Shown here in pieces: positions 62,129 through 64,000 of a stretch of 64,000 nucleotides of DNA (the first letter of the stretch is position 1; each line of letters begins with the position of its first letter). Source of the DNA: Phaeosaccion multiseriatum (Eukaryota; Protista; Ochrophyta, other classes). The notes under the pieces were generated by a model, which saw only the letters and a program-made list of their open reading frames with translations, ran no database searches and was not told the origin of the DNA. The stretch covers positions 3,596,001 to 3,660,000 of the forward strand of contig OZ218950.1 of the NCBI GenBank assembly GCA_965112735.1, in the 5' to 3' direction. Position numbers and translations under genes: made by a program.

Positions 62129-64000
62129 ATGGGGCCGGGGCCCTGGGACGACGTGTCAGACTCCTCCTTCGATCAGCAGGGACGGAGGTCTTCCACCACG
62201 CGCTTCAGCAGCGGTGGAGTTACTGGGGTCAACTCCAAACGGCTGAGTGAAAGACGGGCAAAGCTTCTGCAGCTGCAGCAGAGCCGGTTGCAGCAGATGC
62301 AGCAGCGAGCTCCGGGGACGAGATTGGCGGGGGAGAGAACAGCCCCCTCTGGAGCATACATTGCCAGCGGAGGAAGAAGTGGAGGAAGAGGAAAGAGGGA
62401 AGGGGTGGGTTTGTCAAGACGGCGACCTCGGGCAGGAGGAGGAGGAGAAGGGGGAGACGGAGCAGTAGCATCTGAAGGGATTAGAGGGCTTGTCGCCTTT
62501 GACTATGACCAGGAGATGCCGCACTTGATCGACGTTGAGCTGAGTTACGACTCGAACATGGCCGCCCAAGACGCCGTCAGAGGGGCCATTGCGATGTCGA
62601 TCCGAGCGGCCCACCGGCTGGCAGAGGCGGCAGTCGGCTTTGGCAGCGTTGACAAAGTCATTGATACGGCCAACACTGGTCGTGCTGGTGGTGGTGATGC
62701 TGCTGCTGCTGCTGCTGCTACCACTGTTCGGAGAGAGGCGCGCGGTCTGATTACCATGCTAAACGGCGCCTGGCAGGGAGTGAAAGAGCTGCAGCGAAGA
62801 CAGGACGCCATGGCGGAGAGGCTGGATGAGAGCGTGCAAACGATGCAGAGCATGCAGCAGGTCATTGTCGGGCAGAGAGAGGCACTCAGGACGCAGCATT
62901 CGCCGCAGACACAAGAGCCACAAGATCAGCGGCTTGGCGCGCTTCCCAGTAGGAGGTCTCAGCCTCGAGCTAGTGCAGCGTCTGCAACGGATGGCGGGGT
63001 AGAGGGTGCGGGAGCAGAGGATACGGGTGCGGATGCGGGACGGCAAGGCGGGGGCGAAGATGGGGGGGAGGACGGGGCTGGTGGTGGGGGGCGGGGATGC
63101 CCACCAGACGCAGCAAGGGTGGACGTCGATAGACGCAACCCCGCTGTGCAACACGCAGCGGTGCAGACGGAAGGGGAGCACCCTCCTGCTGCTACTGCTG
63201 CTGCTGATGCTGCGGCGGCGGCGGCCGCGGCGGCAACTGCCCTAGAGGAGGAGCTGCGTGTAGTGAGAGACCGACTCGCTGAAGCCAAGCAAAGGGAACA
63301 GGTGAGAGGGGAAACAGCTCGGGGGAGAGAGAGAGGGAGGGCCGGGAGGAGGCGGAGGCTTTCTACCCCCAGATGAAGCGATCCCTGTAGTCATTGGCGC
63401 CTCGGCTGAGGGATTGCGTACTAACGTCTTGCCCTCTGGTGACCCACCCTCTCAGGAGGCTCGAGCCGCTGCATCAGCCGCCAGAGTCGAAGCCACTGAC
63501 CTTAAACTGACGCTCGAGGACGTGGACGAAGGGTGGGCACGGCAGGTCGACACCCATCGGAGGAAGAGTGACACTCTGGCGGCTATAGTGGGTAAGCTGA
63601 AGGGCATTGTCCTCACTCAGCAGGACTACATTAGTACTTCCGGGGTGGGGCGTAGGACGAGGAGGACGAGGACGAGTAATAGTAGTAGTAGTAGAGGAGG
63701 AGGAGGAGGAGGAGGAGGAGAGCCTTTTGCAGACTCTCGTGATGACGCATACTCACGGCGGTCCGGCGAGGAGGAAGAGGAGGATGCTCTGAGCAGCAGT
63801 AGTAGCAGCAGCAGAAGCAGCAGCAGCAGGAGGAGGAGGAGGAAGCGGGGAGAGATGTCCAGGAACAGAGAAGAGGAGGAGCAGGAGAGGCGCAGACGGC
63901 GAGGGGGTGGGCGTGGGGTGGACGAGGAGGGAGAGGGCGGGAGAGAGCGGTTGGGAGGAAGCGACAGCGGCAGCGATGGGAGTGAGGACGAGTGTAGGGG
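62129..64000 (+). CDS. Hypothetical coiled-coil protein, incomplete at the right edge
   Basis: ATG at 62129, open to a GTGAGA donor at ~63302. A further exon starts at ~63456 (EARAAASAARVEATDLKLTLEDVDEGWARQ). Helical stretch MLNGAWQGVKELQRRQDAMAERLDESVQTMQSMQQ. Confidence 0.6.

Overview
Gene-dense, GC-rich eukaryotic nuclear DNA with GT-AG introns that are full of microsatellites. Several proteins begin with a signal peptide followed by an 'RAF/RAY' motif (ASAFAP-type bipartite plastid targeting), which points to an ochrophyte alga, probably eustigmatophyte-like (inference). I spliced about 22 genes by hand: a SAL1/HAL2-type nucleotidase (partial), panB, an RsmB/NOL1 methyltransferase, thioredoxin, RNA Pol I/III subunit AC19, a CbbY-like HAD phosphatase, a zf-4CXXC plus PHD-C5HCH chromatin protein, TEN1, PEN-2, KIF-binding protein, YbeY, plant-type CCR4, CDK10-like kinase, XPC/Rad4, a COMM-domain protein, a KDM4-type JmjC demethylase, a DUF1995 protein and several low-complexity orphans. 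Many genes are arranged head-to-head with only about 100-300 bp between start codons. The strongest unannotated signal is a family of tiny non-autonomous DNA transposons (MITEs). Their termini read TCG[A/G]CCCCTGAC...GTCAGGGG[T/C]CGA and they carry 6-bp target-site duplications. There are four copies: one is nested inside another and one is only 52 bp long. A Mutator-like transposase relic with a very long poly-Glu tract lies just upstream of, or inside the first intron of, the CDK gene. I saw no CRISPR array, rRNA or tRNA. All family assignments come from recognising motifs by eye, not from database searches.
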